From the human T2T-CHM13v2.0 reference genome, Homo sapiens: 64,000 nucleotides of DNA. The DNA lies in NCBI RefSeq assembly GCF_009914755.1, contig NC_060940.1; one strand, 5' to 3'. This document shows, piece by piece, positions 12,080-23,425 of the stretch (position 1 is its first letter; every line of letters begins with the position of its first letter). The position numbers were made by a program, and so were the translations under genes. The notes beneath the pieces are model-generated. The model had not been told where the DNA came from. It worked only from the letters and a program-made list of their open reading frames with translations, and did not search any database.

Positions 12080-12390
12080 ACATAAAGATTAACTAGGTGA
12101 GAAAATTTTTCTCTTGGCTCTGAAGCTTGGGACATTTGTCTGATCCAACACATATTCTCCAGGAGACAGGCTAAATTAAAATACTAATGGACTGCTGTAT
12201 TTAAAATATATTTACCAATGATTAACAGCTCGGCAGGTGATATATGTTTCAATAATTTCTTATTACAATGTGGGGGAACCTCAATAAATATTCTCAGGGC
12301 AATTAGCGGGTGTTTATTTAACATTCAGCTGTGTTTTCCCGCACACTCAGAAGGGCGTCATTGGTGGCAAGCATAATGCTCCTCTGTGCA
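12080..12390. promoter_or_regulatory. Candidate enhancer-like unique element
   Basis: No recognisable repeat; dense TAAT/ATTA, TGTTTATTT (FOX), CAGCTG and CAGGTG motifs; retained CpGs; function inferred only. Confidence 0.3.
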
Positions 12391-13099
12391 GAGAAGGGGC
12401 CAGTCCTGAAGCAGGCACTGGATCTGGCTTCACACTAAGAATGAGGCCCAGTCCTTGGGAAATAGCCCTTCCACAGACGTGTTTGGTTTGGGCCACAGTA
12501 TTGAGTGTGATTTAGATGATTGGCATTAAAAATAGAAGAGTATACATAAAGTTCGTACATGTAGCTTCTCTTGACATTTCTGAAAGCCTAGAAATACTAG
12601 TTTTTCTGAACAGCCACCCTCAGCAGGACCTAAGTAGACTGGCATCTCAAGTCTGTCACAGCCATCCACTGTACCACTTCGTCCATTTAAAGAGCAGCCT
12701 GGGCCCTGTAGATACTTAGGTTTGCAGGGCAGCACACTCTGACCAATCTTGCATTGAGTCCTCCCAAGGGTTTTGCCCAAATGCTACACAAATACCACAG
12801 GTGGAGATATTGGCAATGGGTGGGGGTAAAGGACTGCCTCAGAGCAAAGGGAACCACTGCTCGGACTTCTGAAATGCAAGCTGGACAAGGCCACCCAGGC
12901 CACCCACTCACCACCCAACCACACCCTGGAGCCTCACGTCCATTGATCCCCCAAATCAAGAATGTATAGGGAACTGGTTGGTGCACAGGCAAGACTGAAA
13001 GCCAAGAGTGTCTGGCTCAAAACCCAGTGTCCTTAACTACCAAGCTGCTGTTGCCTGGGACAGCTGTAGCAAGCATAGTAGTGTCATACCTCATGTCAT

Positions 13100-13140
13100 C
13101 ACACACACACACGCACGCACACACACACACACACACACAC
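13100..13140. repeat. (CA)n microsatellite, interrupted
   Basis: Seen directly. Confidence 0.95.
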
Positions 13141-13349
13141 TAATATCCCAAACCCAGATTTTCATCCAGGGCAGCAATGTGCTCAAATAAAACAATAATC
13201 TATCTGCCTCCTTTACTGATATGACCCAATTCCGACCAGCAGGCTTCAAGTGGAAGTCCCAGGAGAGCATCTTTCTTCCCCATTAAATAGGCAAATCCTC
13301 CCCCTTAAATAGGCAAAACCCTTGACCTGAATAATGCAAGCACACTCCA

Positions 13350-13590
13350 CTGTGCCCCTTCCCAGCCTGATCCCAAGCCTCCAACATGGCACTCCCACTT
13401 CCTTTGCCCATCGAAGCTGAGGACTTAGAGGAGTATAGAGATATTAAGTAGGATGGGCCTGGGTCCCTGAAACACTGCATGGAACAGAGCCCTTGTGCCA
13501 GCCCCCATTGGACGCTGATATGAGCAAGGTATCTTTTTGTTGTGTTAAAGCCACTGACTTTGGAAAGTGTTTGTTACTGCAATTAGTCTC
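13350..13590 (+). mobile_element. MLT1 LTR fragment
   Basis: gatgggcctgggtccctga..catggaacagagc..ttgtgttaaagccactga..tttgttactgca. Confidence 0.55.
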
Positions 13591-15214
13591 TGCTGTAAAA
13601 CATTTACCTCTCTTACCAAAGTGAGAAGAGTAGACAACTTTTGTAGACCTTCTCTTTCTCTATGGCCCTAGTGAGCTGGTCCCCCCAATGCAGGACTCCC
13701 ACATGGGCCAGCTGTCTTCTGTCTGTCCCTTGAAGGGGGCTCATCCAAGCACCCACTGAAACGAGAGATAAAGAGCTTCCAAGTTAGAAGCACTCATGTC
13801 AGAGCAGCCTTCAGGGTGGCCCCAACCATGGCTGACTCCAGAAGGAAGCCCCAGAAGGGAGACAGAAACACTGGGCCTGGTACTCCTAACCTCAAATTGC
13901 AGAGTCTTGATCTCCTTTTTAACCTGAAGGCCTGCTAGGTCTTCCTTCCTTTGGGGTCTAATCCCCGACCCCATTCTGCTTTCAGCCAAGGCAGGGAGAT
14001 TACCACCACATTTTCACAAAAGAAGAGCAAAGCCAATGGCTGCTGTGAGTCCCATGAGCAGCGGGAGCCCTTCTGCAATCTGGGCTTCTCCCTGTGGGAA
14101 TGGCTGAGTTTTCTCAACCTCTCCACTCCCAGAGAAATAAATATCCTCTGGTGCATAAATATGCTTTGATGCAGGCTATTCACCTTACTCAGGCCAATGA
14201 TTTTATCCTAGGAAGATTTTGTCTATTGAGTGGAGAAGGAAGGCACTCTCCAGGGACTTCCACTTGGAGCCTGTGGGTCAGAATTGGGCCATGTTGGTGC
14301 CCTTACATACAAAGCAGGCAGAGAGATTATTGTTTTAGCTGAGCACAATGCTGCCCTGGATAAAGTCTGAGTTTGGGATGTGTGATGCATTTTCGTGAAC
14401 ATCACCATTGGTTCAAGGACGGATCCTTCTAACTTGGGGGCATAACTTAATTTCTTCTTATGCTTATCCCTTGGGGTGAGCCCCTTTCAGGACAGATGTC
14501 AGGTGATTCCCCTAACCCAGGAGCCTGCACCCTCAAGGCTCAGCACTGTGGCCAAGGGAAGGTTTCTAAAGAGCTGGAAACGCCCAACCAGGACAGCCCA
14601 GCCTCTGAACTATTCCCAGGTCACCATTCTAACCCAAATGTGACCACCCCTCTCTTACATCCAGGTTGGCTCCCTGGACAGTCTTGGCAGTGCCTCAGAG
14701 GGGGTGGGGTGAACTCTGCTTATTAATGCTTATTAACGCTGCCCCAGAGGCAAAAGATTGAATATCCAGTCCAAGCTGTCATCCCAAGGATGAAGGAAGC
14801 CCTGCCCAGGAATTGTCCCAGAACATAAATTGAGTCGATGGGAGCAGGACACCACACCCTGAGCTCAGCAGGCTTGTCCCACACCGCAGAGATGCCCCTG
14901 TGCACAGCTGCCATCCAAAACTACTTGCCAGGGCTCAGCTCATAATCCACGCCACTCCACCTACCCTGGCTCTTGGTGAGTGACTCTGTAACCATTTTTT
15001 GTTGGTACCCACCCAGATTCCATCCTCAGGAAACAGTGTTCAGTTTGTAGCACCACCTTACCCCTCAGATTTGATTTTTGGTCTAATTCCCCAATACCTT
15101 GCTGTCCTGTTTATCAGCAGTTAGCTGCTCTGAAAAAATATTCCACCAGCCTGTACCAATCCTGGGACCTCACAGTATTGCCAGAAGAGAGCACAGGAAC
15201 CTGCAGATGAAAAG

Positions 15215-16285
15215 TGTTTTAGGAAAAACTCTCTCAAACTGTGTTTCTCCTCTGCTGTCACATCACCACAACAGTCAACAACACAGAAGAAGAATGCTGT
15301 GAGCAAAGATGTGAGGGTTTATCCCCATACACCAAGCAGGTGACACCAGCTGGGTGACCTCCAATTCAGTTCCAAAGTTATCTACCCAGAGACAGCATCA
15401 TCAGATCCCATGGGTTGAAGGCCCACTCCCAAAGCCTGCTCCCTCCTATGCTCCAGTCTCAAGTCCAGGCCTCCAGAGCTTCTGACCAACTGGCTTCAAG
15501 CTGGGATTCCCATGAACCCCTCGTTGGGTTCAATTAATTTGCTAGAGAGGCTCACAGAACTCAGAGAAACACTTATATTTGCTGGTTTACTAAAAAGGAT
15601 CTTTTAAAAAGATACAAATAAAGCAACCAGATGAAGAGCACACAGGGTGAGGCCTGGAAGGGTGGAGCTTCTGGCTCCGTAGAGCTGGGGTGCCCCACTG
15701 TCCAGGCCCGCAGATGAGTTCTTCTTCACCTTCCTGTTGGCCTCCACGTGTTCAGCTCTCCAGAAGCTCCCCGAACCCTGCCTTTGGGCCTGGTATGGAG
15801 ACTTCATTGGTTGTCCATGATTGAAGCATGGACAACTGTGTTGAAATGTGATGGACAGAAGGGGCATGATTTAACCCAGCAAGGCCTGTCTGTTCAGATT
15901 CTCCTTGGCCTCTCTGTGCAGCATTCCTTCCAAAGTATGGAATAGAACTATCGTTGGAATGAGGGTTTTATGACCCACAATCAGATTAGAGTCCAGCCTT
16001 GGGCAGGTGAAAGGAGGGCAGGGGAAAGTCAGAGAGATTCTGTTTCCTGAGGCCTAAATCTCCCCCACATTATAGCAAAAGACTGTAACAAGGGTTATGG
16101 GAGTTAGGAGCTACGAACTACGGAGGAAAACCAATACGTAGATAGATAGATTGATAGATTGATAGATGATAGATAGGATAAGATAGATGATACAGATGAT
16201 ACATAGATAATAGATGAATAGACAGATGATAGGTAGATAGATATAGATAGATGATTGATAGACAGATAATAAAAAGATGATAGAT

Positions 16286-16328
<43 letters not shown>

Positions 16329-16523
16329 GATAGATAATAGGTAGATAGACGATTGGTTGGTAGGTAGATCGATAGATAATAGATAGGATAGGATAGATGA
16401 TAGATAGACAGTAGATTGATAGGATAAGATAGATTATTGATTGATAGATGATAGGTAGATAGATAATAGATAGATGAGTCATTGGTAGATAGATAATAGA
16501 GAGATAATAAAGAGATGATAGAT

Positions 16524-16555
<32 letters not shown>

Positions 16556-16711
16556 GATATATAATAGGTAGATACATGATTGGTTGGTAGATAGATATTA
16601 TGTAGATAGTTAGATAATAGGTATAAATGATTGGTAGATAGATGATATAGATAGGTAATAGCAAGAAGATAGATAGATGATAGATAATAGCAAGAAAGAA
16701 AGATAGATAAC

Positions 16712-16755
<44 letters not shown>

Positions 16756-16812
16756 GATAGCAAGACAATAGATGGATGATAGACAGATAGATCAATCCAT
16801 CTTACTATCACA
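15215..16812 (-). mobile_element. MER21-type LTR with a GATA array expanded near one terminus
   Basis: cttctgaccaactggcttcaag..gggttcaattaatttgctagagaggctcacagaactcag; terminus ctatcaca at 16812; near-TSD aaag/gaag. Confidence 0.8.
16139..16792. repeat. Complex (GATA)n/(TAGA)n array, ~650 bp
   Basis: Pure GATA runs near 16287-16327, 16530-16555 and 16712-16750, embedded in degenerate units. Confidence 0.97.
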
Positions 16813-17598
16813 GAAGGCCACCTCCCTGACTTCTGTGGCATGATGTGGAATGAATCAATTACCCCAGGTTATCCTGAGGACCCTTGTCTCCAGGGCACCC
16901 TGACAAATCAGGCCTCAGAAGAAACAGGCATTTCCTTTTTGTGTGTTTGATACAGCACTGCAAAGATTTCTCATCAAAGAACACCCTTGTGGAGACCCTG
17001 GACTTCTGAGGTCACTCAAACTACAACACACCAGAGGGACTCACTTCCCCTGTGAGACCTCAGCGGAGGCCCCTTTCTGCCACCCCCTCAGGTGGCCTCT
17101 TGTGGTGAGGAACCTCCAGGGAACCATGTGTGTCTGGGGGATGGGGGCACAGGCTGAAGGCACAAGCACTGGAGTCCCCCTCCACATGTCTGTTCAAACT
17201 GTGGTTTCTGCCTGACTGTGGTCCCCCTCATGACCCTGTGGCCACGGCCTCTGTAAGGGGCAAAGGGACACTCCAGGAGAGACAGAGCTTTGTGCCATCA
17301 GCAAGCACGATGTGACGCCAGGGAAGAAGCTGGAGACCCAAGCAGAGAAAGAAGGATCCTATGTGAACAGCAGCTGGTCTCCTGCTAGGGTAAGAGTCGG
17401 GCTTGAGAAGCAGGCAGGACTTAACTTCCAAAATGAGGAGTTTGGAGCAATACAAAAAAACATTAATTTGTTTAGCAGCAATAGAAAAACCAAACCAAAC
17501 CAAACCAAATGAGAAGTTTGGAGACTTTTTTTTCTGACAGTGCTTCAGGAGTTTTTGAAGGTGTCATCACCATCCTCTTGCCCTAATTTTAAAAAAAA

Positions 17599-17599
<1 letters not shown>

Positions 17600-17631
<32 letters not shown>

Positions 17632-17635
17632 CATA

Positions 17636-17666
<31 letters not shown>
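17600..17666. repeat. Compound (TG)n(TA)n(T)n microsatellite
   Basis: Seen directly. Confidence 0.95.
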
Positions 17667-17864
17667 AATTTCCAATCCTTCTCTCCCCCAAGAAATATGA
17701 TCCCCCAAGCCTTCCCAGAGCCATCCTCAGTCTTCTCTCTTTCAGCCCTGACTCAGAACTGCAGAGTCAGAAGGGTCCGGGAGGGGCTGAAAGTCCCAGG
17801 CCCCTCCGGCAGGGCCTGGCTTCATCTGTGTGGTCAGTGTTTCCTGCCCTCTGTCTCTCCAGTG

Positions 17865-18070
17865 TAGAAGGAGCACAGGCTCTGAGCCAGGTAGGTCCAG
17901 GTGAATCCCAGCTCATGGCCACACAACACCTCCATTTCCTCATCTTTAAAGTAAGGATAATGATAAGCCCTTAAGATTTTCACAAGGATCCAACAAGAAA
18001 ATAAATGTTTGTAACCAGCAAATATGCATGTAAACTGCCTTGGCGTAAGAGGCTCTCAATAAATATAGAC
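17865..18070 (+). mobile_element. MIR
   Basis: catttcctcatctttaaagtaaggataatgataa core. Confidence 0.65.
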
Positions 18071-18309
18071 TCTCAGCTCTGTCCTATTTCCTGTGGGCAT
18101 TCTCCCAAAATGCCTGGTGTCACTGTTTCCATCTCTATCCTTCTTATGTTGCCCCTCTCTGCTGTGAACCACATTCTGCTTATCTCTGGATCATTCTTTT
18201 AATTTCATGTCGCTTCCTTGTCTGTTGTGTTTGCATCTCTCGCTGCCTTTCTTCACTCCACAGTTACTTTCTCTGTAGTTTTGTCTTAGGCCCTAGAAAA
18301 TGTGCTCAC

Positions 18310-18925
18310 ACTTTCTCTGTCTCTCTCTGTCTCTGTTGTCTCTGTCTCTCTCTCCCCCCGCCCTTCTCCTCTCCTCTCTTCTCCTCTCCTCTCCTCTCTC
18401 TCCCCCTTCTCCTCTCCTCTCTTCTCCTCTCCTCTCCTCTCTCCCTTTCCTCTCTCCCTCTTCTCCCTCTCTCAACCTTCTCTTTCTTCCTTTTTCTTTC
18501 ATTTCCTCTCTCTATCCCTCCTCTCACCCTTCTGTCTCTCTTCCCCCTTCCTCTCTCTTTCTCTATCTTTCCCCCATCACCCTATCTCCCTCCTCTCCTT
18601 CTCCCTCTCTATCTCTTCCCTCTCCCTCTCTTCCTCCCTCTCTCCCCTCTCTGTCGTCTCCCCCGCTCCTCCCTCTCTTCCTCCTCTCTCTATTTATCTA
18701 TCTCGGTCTCTCTCTCTCTCTCTCTCTCTTTTCCTCTCTCCCTCTTTCTCTTCCCCCTCCCTCTTTCTCTTCCCCCACCCCGATCATTCTTCTGTCTCTC
18801 TGCCACTGGCTCTGTCCCTGTCTCCTCTTCATCTTTGTCTCTGGCTCTGGATTGTCTTCTCCAGCTAGGTGTCTTTCTCCAGCTCTTTGCTCTCTGGATT
18901 CTGTCCCTCTCTTTCTTTCTCTCCA
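18310..18925. repeat. CT-rich polypyrimidine low-complexity tract, ~620 bp
   Basis: (CTCTC/CTC/CT)n, nearly purine-free on + for ~470 bp, then fading. Confidence 0.95.
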
Positions 18926-19529
18926 TGTGACTCCCAACTATGTAGTCTTCATTAATTCCACCTCCATCTCTGCATCTCTTTGGAGGTCACCGTTTCTCTC
19001 CATCCCTGCCCCCAACCCATCCTCTACCCCCCTCATCACTCAAAATCTCATCTCTGGGAAATAAGAAGGAGGAGCCCAGCAGGATGAGAAGCCCAAGTAG
19101 AGGGCCATATTTTACTTCTCTGCAGAAGGGCTGTAAATTCCTCCTGACACTTTCCACAGAATACAACTGTCCTTATTGGTTCTTAGCGGCTGGGGATGAA
19201 GAGCTGCAGGACAAGAGGGCACAGACCTGGGCAGGACAGAGCTCTCACTCTGGGCTGGGGCTTGGGGGAAGGGAGTGCAGGCCGGGGGCCTCTCTAGGTC
19301 CCTGCATGTCAGATCCACATCTCTCCTTCTCAGCAAATTGTGCTTAGCTCAGCTTGGCCACCAATCAACAGTGTCCATGGAGACTGTGGGACACTAAAAC
19401 ATATCAAACTTTGAGCTTGTCTGTCTTCAGCTCTTTGCTCTCCAGATTCTGTCTCTCTCTGTCCTTCTCGCCATGTGGCTCCCAACTGTGTAGTCTTCAT
19501 CAATCCCATCTCCATCTCAGCGCCTCTTT
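18880..19529. repeat. Local direct duplication: 18880-18981 vs 19428-19529
   Basis: 102 bp ungapped with 14 mismatches (86%) by manual alignment. Confidence 0.9.
19252..19273 (+). other. Canonical G-quadruplex motif
   Basis: GGGctGGGGcttGGGGGaaGGG. Confidence 0.6.
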
Positions 19530-20124
19530 TGCAGAGTACCCCTGTTGTTAATTAGACTCCAAACCACTCTCTGGGTCTCCCTCCACATTTCAGGGCCTCA
19601 CAGTGGTCCCAAACACTCATCAGTGCTACTTTTTGCATCTCTAAACCCAGTTCCACTGTGCTTTTTCCAACCCTTGTTAGCTTTGGTGAGTTCGTTTCTC
19701 TTCTTGGTCATTCACCCAGGTTCTTGATCACCCCAATTGTACTTCTCCTATCATAAAACAACGGGCAACTCCTTCCTACCATTTCTCTAACCTCCTTCCC
19801 CCTTTTCCTCAGATAAAAGAGTTCTCTTGGGTGGTTTTGCTGAACCAGGATTTGCCCAGGGGTGATAATTTAATTAAAGCACTTACTCTCTCCCCGCTCT
19901 GTGCCAGGCATGGTAGACACCTGGGGAAATAAAATAAACTCCCGGTCTGCCCAGAGAGATACAAACTCAACAGTCATAAGCAGAGAGATTGCTGGCCGCT
20001 CATAAGTCAGATTTGACCAATGGACATGCTTTATGCAGACGGCCCTTTTCATTAGTGTCAACTTTTAAAAATTAGAAAATTCCACAATAAAATCTACTTT
20101 TCAGGGTTCTACTTTAGTGTACTC

Positions 20125-21260
20125 AAGCTAAAACAGGAAGGGAAATTTTTATCTCTAAAAAAAAAGAGAGAGAGAAAACCCCAGATAATCTACAAAATCA
20201 GAATTTTCTTGAATCTGAGAGCTGAGGTTTCCTGGCATCCAAGTATCTTGAAAACTGAGGAAAGAGAGGCTGCTTCAAGGAGAGTCAGGACAGGAAGTTG
20301 GGATGAGAAGTTCAAGCAGGAAGTCAGAGTAGGAAGTCCAGGCAGGAAGCCAGAATAGGAAGTCCAAGCACAGAGTCAGAATAGGAAGTCCAGACAGGGA
20401 GTCAAAATAGGAAGTCCAGACAGGGAGTCAAAATAGGAAGTCCAAGCAGGAAGTCAGAATAGGAAGTCTAGACAGGAAGTCAGAATAGGAAGTTTAGACA
20501 GGAAGTCAGAATAGGAAGTCCAGAGAGGAAGTCAGAATAGGAATTCCAGGCAAGAAGTCAGAATAGGAAGTCCAGACAGAAAGTCAGAATAGGAAGTCCA
20601 AACAGGAAGTCAGAATAGGAAGTCTAGACAGAAAGTCAGAATAGGAAGTCTAGGCAGAAAGTCAGAATAGGAAGTCCAAGCAGGGAGTCAGAATAGGAAG
20701 TCCAGGCAGAAAAGTCAGAATAGGAAGTCTAGACAGGGAGTCAGAATAGGAAGTCCAGACAGGAAGTCAGAATAGGAAGTCCAGGCAGAAAGTCAGAATA
20801 GGAAGTCCAAGCAGGGAGTCAGAATAGGAAGTCCGGGCAGAAAAGTCAGAATAGGAAGTCTAGACAGGGAGTCAGAATAGGAAGTCTAGACAGGGAGTCA
20901 GAATAGGAAGGCCAGACAGGAAGTCAGAATAGGAAGTCCAGGCAGAAAGTCAGAATAGGAAGCCCAGCTTAAGAGGAAGGGGCAGCCACTAAGTCAGTGG
21001 GTAAGACTCAACTACAATTTAAAGAGCAGCTTAAGGACAAATGTGGACATGGTGACCCTTGAGATTCCCTAGGGGCCCCAGACTCAAGGGGAGTGACTAA
21101 CAGATTCTTTCCCGCCAACCTCCACGGAGCTCACAAGAAGGATGAGGCAGAGAACCAGAGAGAGCTGCCCTCACCTTCAGAGATGTGGGCCATAGGGAGA
21201 ACACCCTAGTGCCTCTGGGAGCCAGGCTTCAAGCCCATCCTCCACACTCCCCACAATCCC
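20125..21260 (+). mobile_element. Old L1M 5'-region relic hosting the 26-bp minisatellite
   Basis: aatctacaaaatcagaattttcttgaatctgagagctgagg..gaaagagaggctgcttcaaggagag resembles L1M 5' ends; subfamily uncertain. Confidence 0.5.
20317..20966. repeat. Minisatellite, 25 x 26 bp (CAGGAAGTCAGAATAGGAAGTCCAGA), a dimer of 13-mers
   Basis: 25 units counted, two of them 27-bp variants; 31 AGGAAGT in 20292-20966. Confidence 0.97.
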
Positions 21261-21270
21261 ACTTGGATCC

Positions 21271-21720
21271 TATATGGCAGATGCACCTGACAGCCATAAC
21301 TTAAGCATATCCTGGGAATGACCCTATGGTCTAAGAAGAATGTGTGTTTGGAGTCCCAGGCTAAGGAATCCTGGAGTGGCCAACCTGGATGTTCATTCCT
21401 TGTCCATGAAGGACATCTGAACTCCTGGCCCATTCCTTGGAACACAGACCATACGGGGGATCGAGGCCCTTTGTTTTAAATTAAATGGAAGTTGCCAGGT
21501 GGAGGGTGCTAGGGGAAGGGTGCTAAGTGGAGATTGCTGTATAAACTGCATGCATTTTACAAACAGTAGCAGTTTTCCCTGTCCAGCCCGTTGTCGCTGG
21601 ACTCCCCTGTGTGTAAGTTTCCAGTAAACCCCGTATCTCATCTGCTGGCTCTGGGTTTCTTCTTTGGCCTTTCAAACACAGTGCCAGCCCTACTGGAGTC
21701 AACAGAGGTCCAGCACAGCA
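21271..21720 (+). mobile_element. ERVL solo LTR (LTR32-like)
   Basis: tatatggcagatgcacctgacagccataacttaagcatatcctgggaatgaccctatggtctaagaagaatgtgtg; TATA-like gtataaa and agtaaa poly(A)-like signal. Confidence 0.7.
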
Positions 21721-23074
21721 GATGTCCCTTTCAAAAGCTTTAGGAGGAGTGGAGGGACAGCAAACCCTGATGCCACCTAGACTCAGGTAAGGACCCATTG
21801 TTGCTAGGGAGGATAGAAAGGAAAAAAACCCTCTATCCATGAGGGATAAGCAAGAAAGTTTGCACTGTCAGTCAGAATCGGGCCACAGCAAGAACCCCAG
21901 TTAGAAAACACCCCCAAGATCCTTCTCAAGACTCCAGAGTCACAAGCACTTGCCCCACCCTTAACACACCCCCACACAGCATTTCTCAAACCTGCTACAC
22001 ACCACCTTTACCATACGAATCCTAGGAATACCCGCTTACTTCTGCAACAACCCCAGAATATCAGGGTGACAAACCACACATTTGTTTCTCGCTCATGTCA
22101 CAGTTTGATGGGGATGAAGTACCCTGTTCAAAGTTAAGCCAGTAGGGGGCAGAGCTGGGACCAACCCAAGCAGCCTAGCCCCAGGTCTCCTGCATCATCA
22201 CATGATGAGCAGTTCCTGGTAAGGTTGCGTTGTGCTTGTTTGGCTGTGTTTGGGCAGCCAGCTCTACCAGCATGTGTGATCACACATGGTGGAGCTGCAC
22301 AGTGGTCTCCCAAATGGATGTGTAGCAGGAGCCTGGGGTGTCCTTGCCCCACAGTAAGGAAATGTGCTATTTGTCCTCAAACTTTCCAACCCTGGAGTAC
22401 AAGTCAAGGCTCTTGGAGGCTTGAGAAACACCAAGATTTAGATGTTAGGGCTTTGATCAGAGAGATTATGCCAATGACCATGTACAGCAGTCTCAGCTTT
22501 GGACAAATTAATGGCTGTGTGTCTCAGATCAGGAGACCATGGTCCCAGATGGAGCTGTTAGGGGCTCTATTTCCCCTTCCGAGGAGTGCCTACCTCTCCA
22601 CTGTGTTCTCTCCCTGAGGGATCAAATATGTTTTAGTGGCTAAGTCAATCACATGTGAGCTAAGCCCAAGCACATAGGAAGTATTCAACAAATACTGGAA
22701 AAAAATTTTACTACTGGAAAAGTAGTAAATAAATGAATAAAGAAGCAAATGGCCAGCATATGGAATGCATAATCTGTCTTCTCTCCTCTGTAAGCTTGAG
22801 CTTCAGCCTGGCTGAATGTGGCTCCAGCGCCCACCAGATAGAACGCTAGCCCCCAAAACCATTTCTAAAACAGCTTTGCTACCTTGGCACATCTAAAGGG
22901 TCTCAGTTAGGGGTTCTAACAAAACAAAGAAATCCATACAATTTGGTAGACATGAGTGACAGGTTAGCAGCTATAGCAACCATAAGGACAGAGGATGGCA
23001 GGCAGAGGAGCATTTTGGGTAGGACTGCAAATTCAGGAGCCAGATGCTTGAGTGCGCATCCCAGCTGAGGAAAG

Positions 23075-23425
23075 TGTATTTGTCCATTTTCACATGGCTA
23101 TAAAGTACTACCTGAGACTGGGTAATTTATAAACAGGAGGTTTAACTGACTCACAGTTTGGCATGGCTGGGGAGGCCTCAGGAAACTTACAATTGTGGCA
23201 GAAGGGGAAGCAGGCACCTTCTTCACAAAGGCATCAGGAGAGAGAGAGAGGAAACTGCCACTTACAAAACCATCTGATCTCATGAGAACTCACTCACTAT
23301 CATGAGAACAGCATGGGGGAACCACCCCCATGATCCAATCATCCCCCACAAAGTCCCTCCCTCAACACATGGGGATTACAATTCGAGATGAGATTTGGGT
23401 GGGGATGCAGAGCCAACCCATATCA
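23075..23425 (-). mobile_element. THE1 (C/D) solo LTR inserted in a MIR
   Basis: cctgagactgggtaatttataaa..gaggcctcaggaaacttacaat..gagatttgggtgggga..catatca. Confidence 0.92.

Noticed and set aside
18293-19064. Long ORFs (254 aa, 188 aa and R/E/G-rich antisense ORFs)
   Set aside because: Translation of the CT low-complexity tract, which cannot encode stop codons; no coding signature
20317-20966. Resemblance of GAATAGGAAGTCC to the Flp-binding element of FRT (GAATAGGAACTTC, 11/13)
   Set aside because: All copies are direct repeats with no inverted pair around an 8-bp spacer; unit divergence looks natural and there is no vector sequence, so it is judged coincidental
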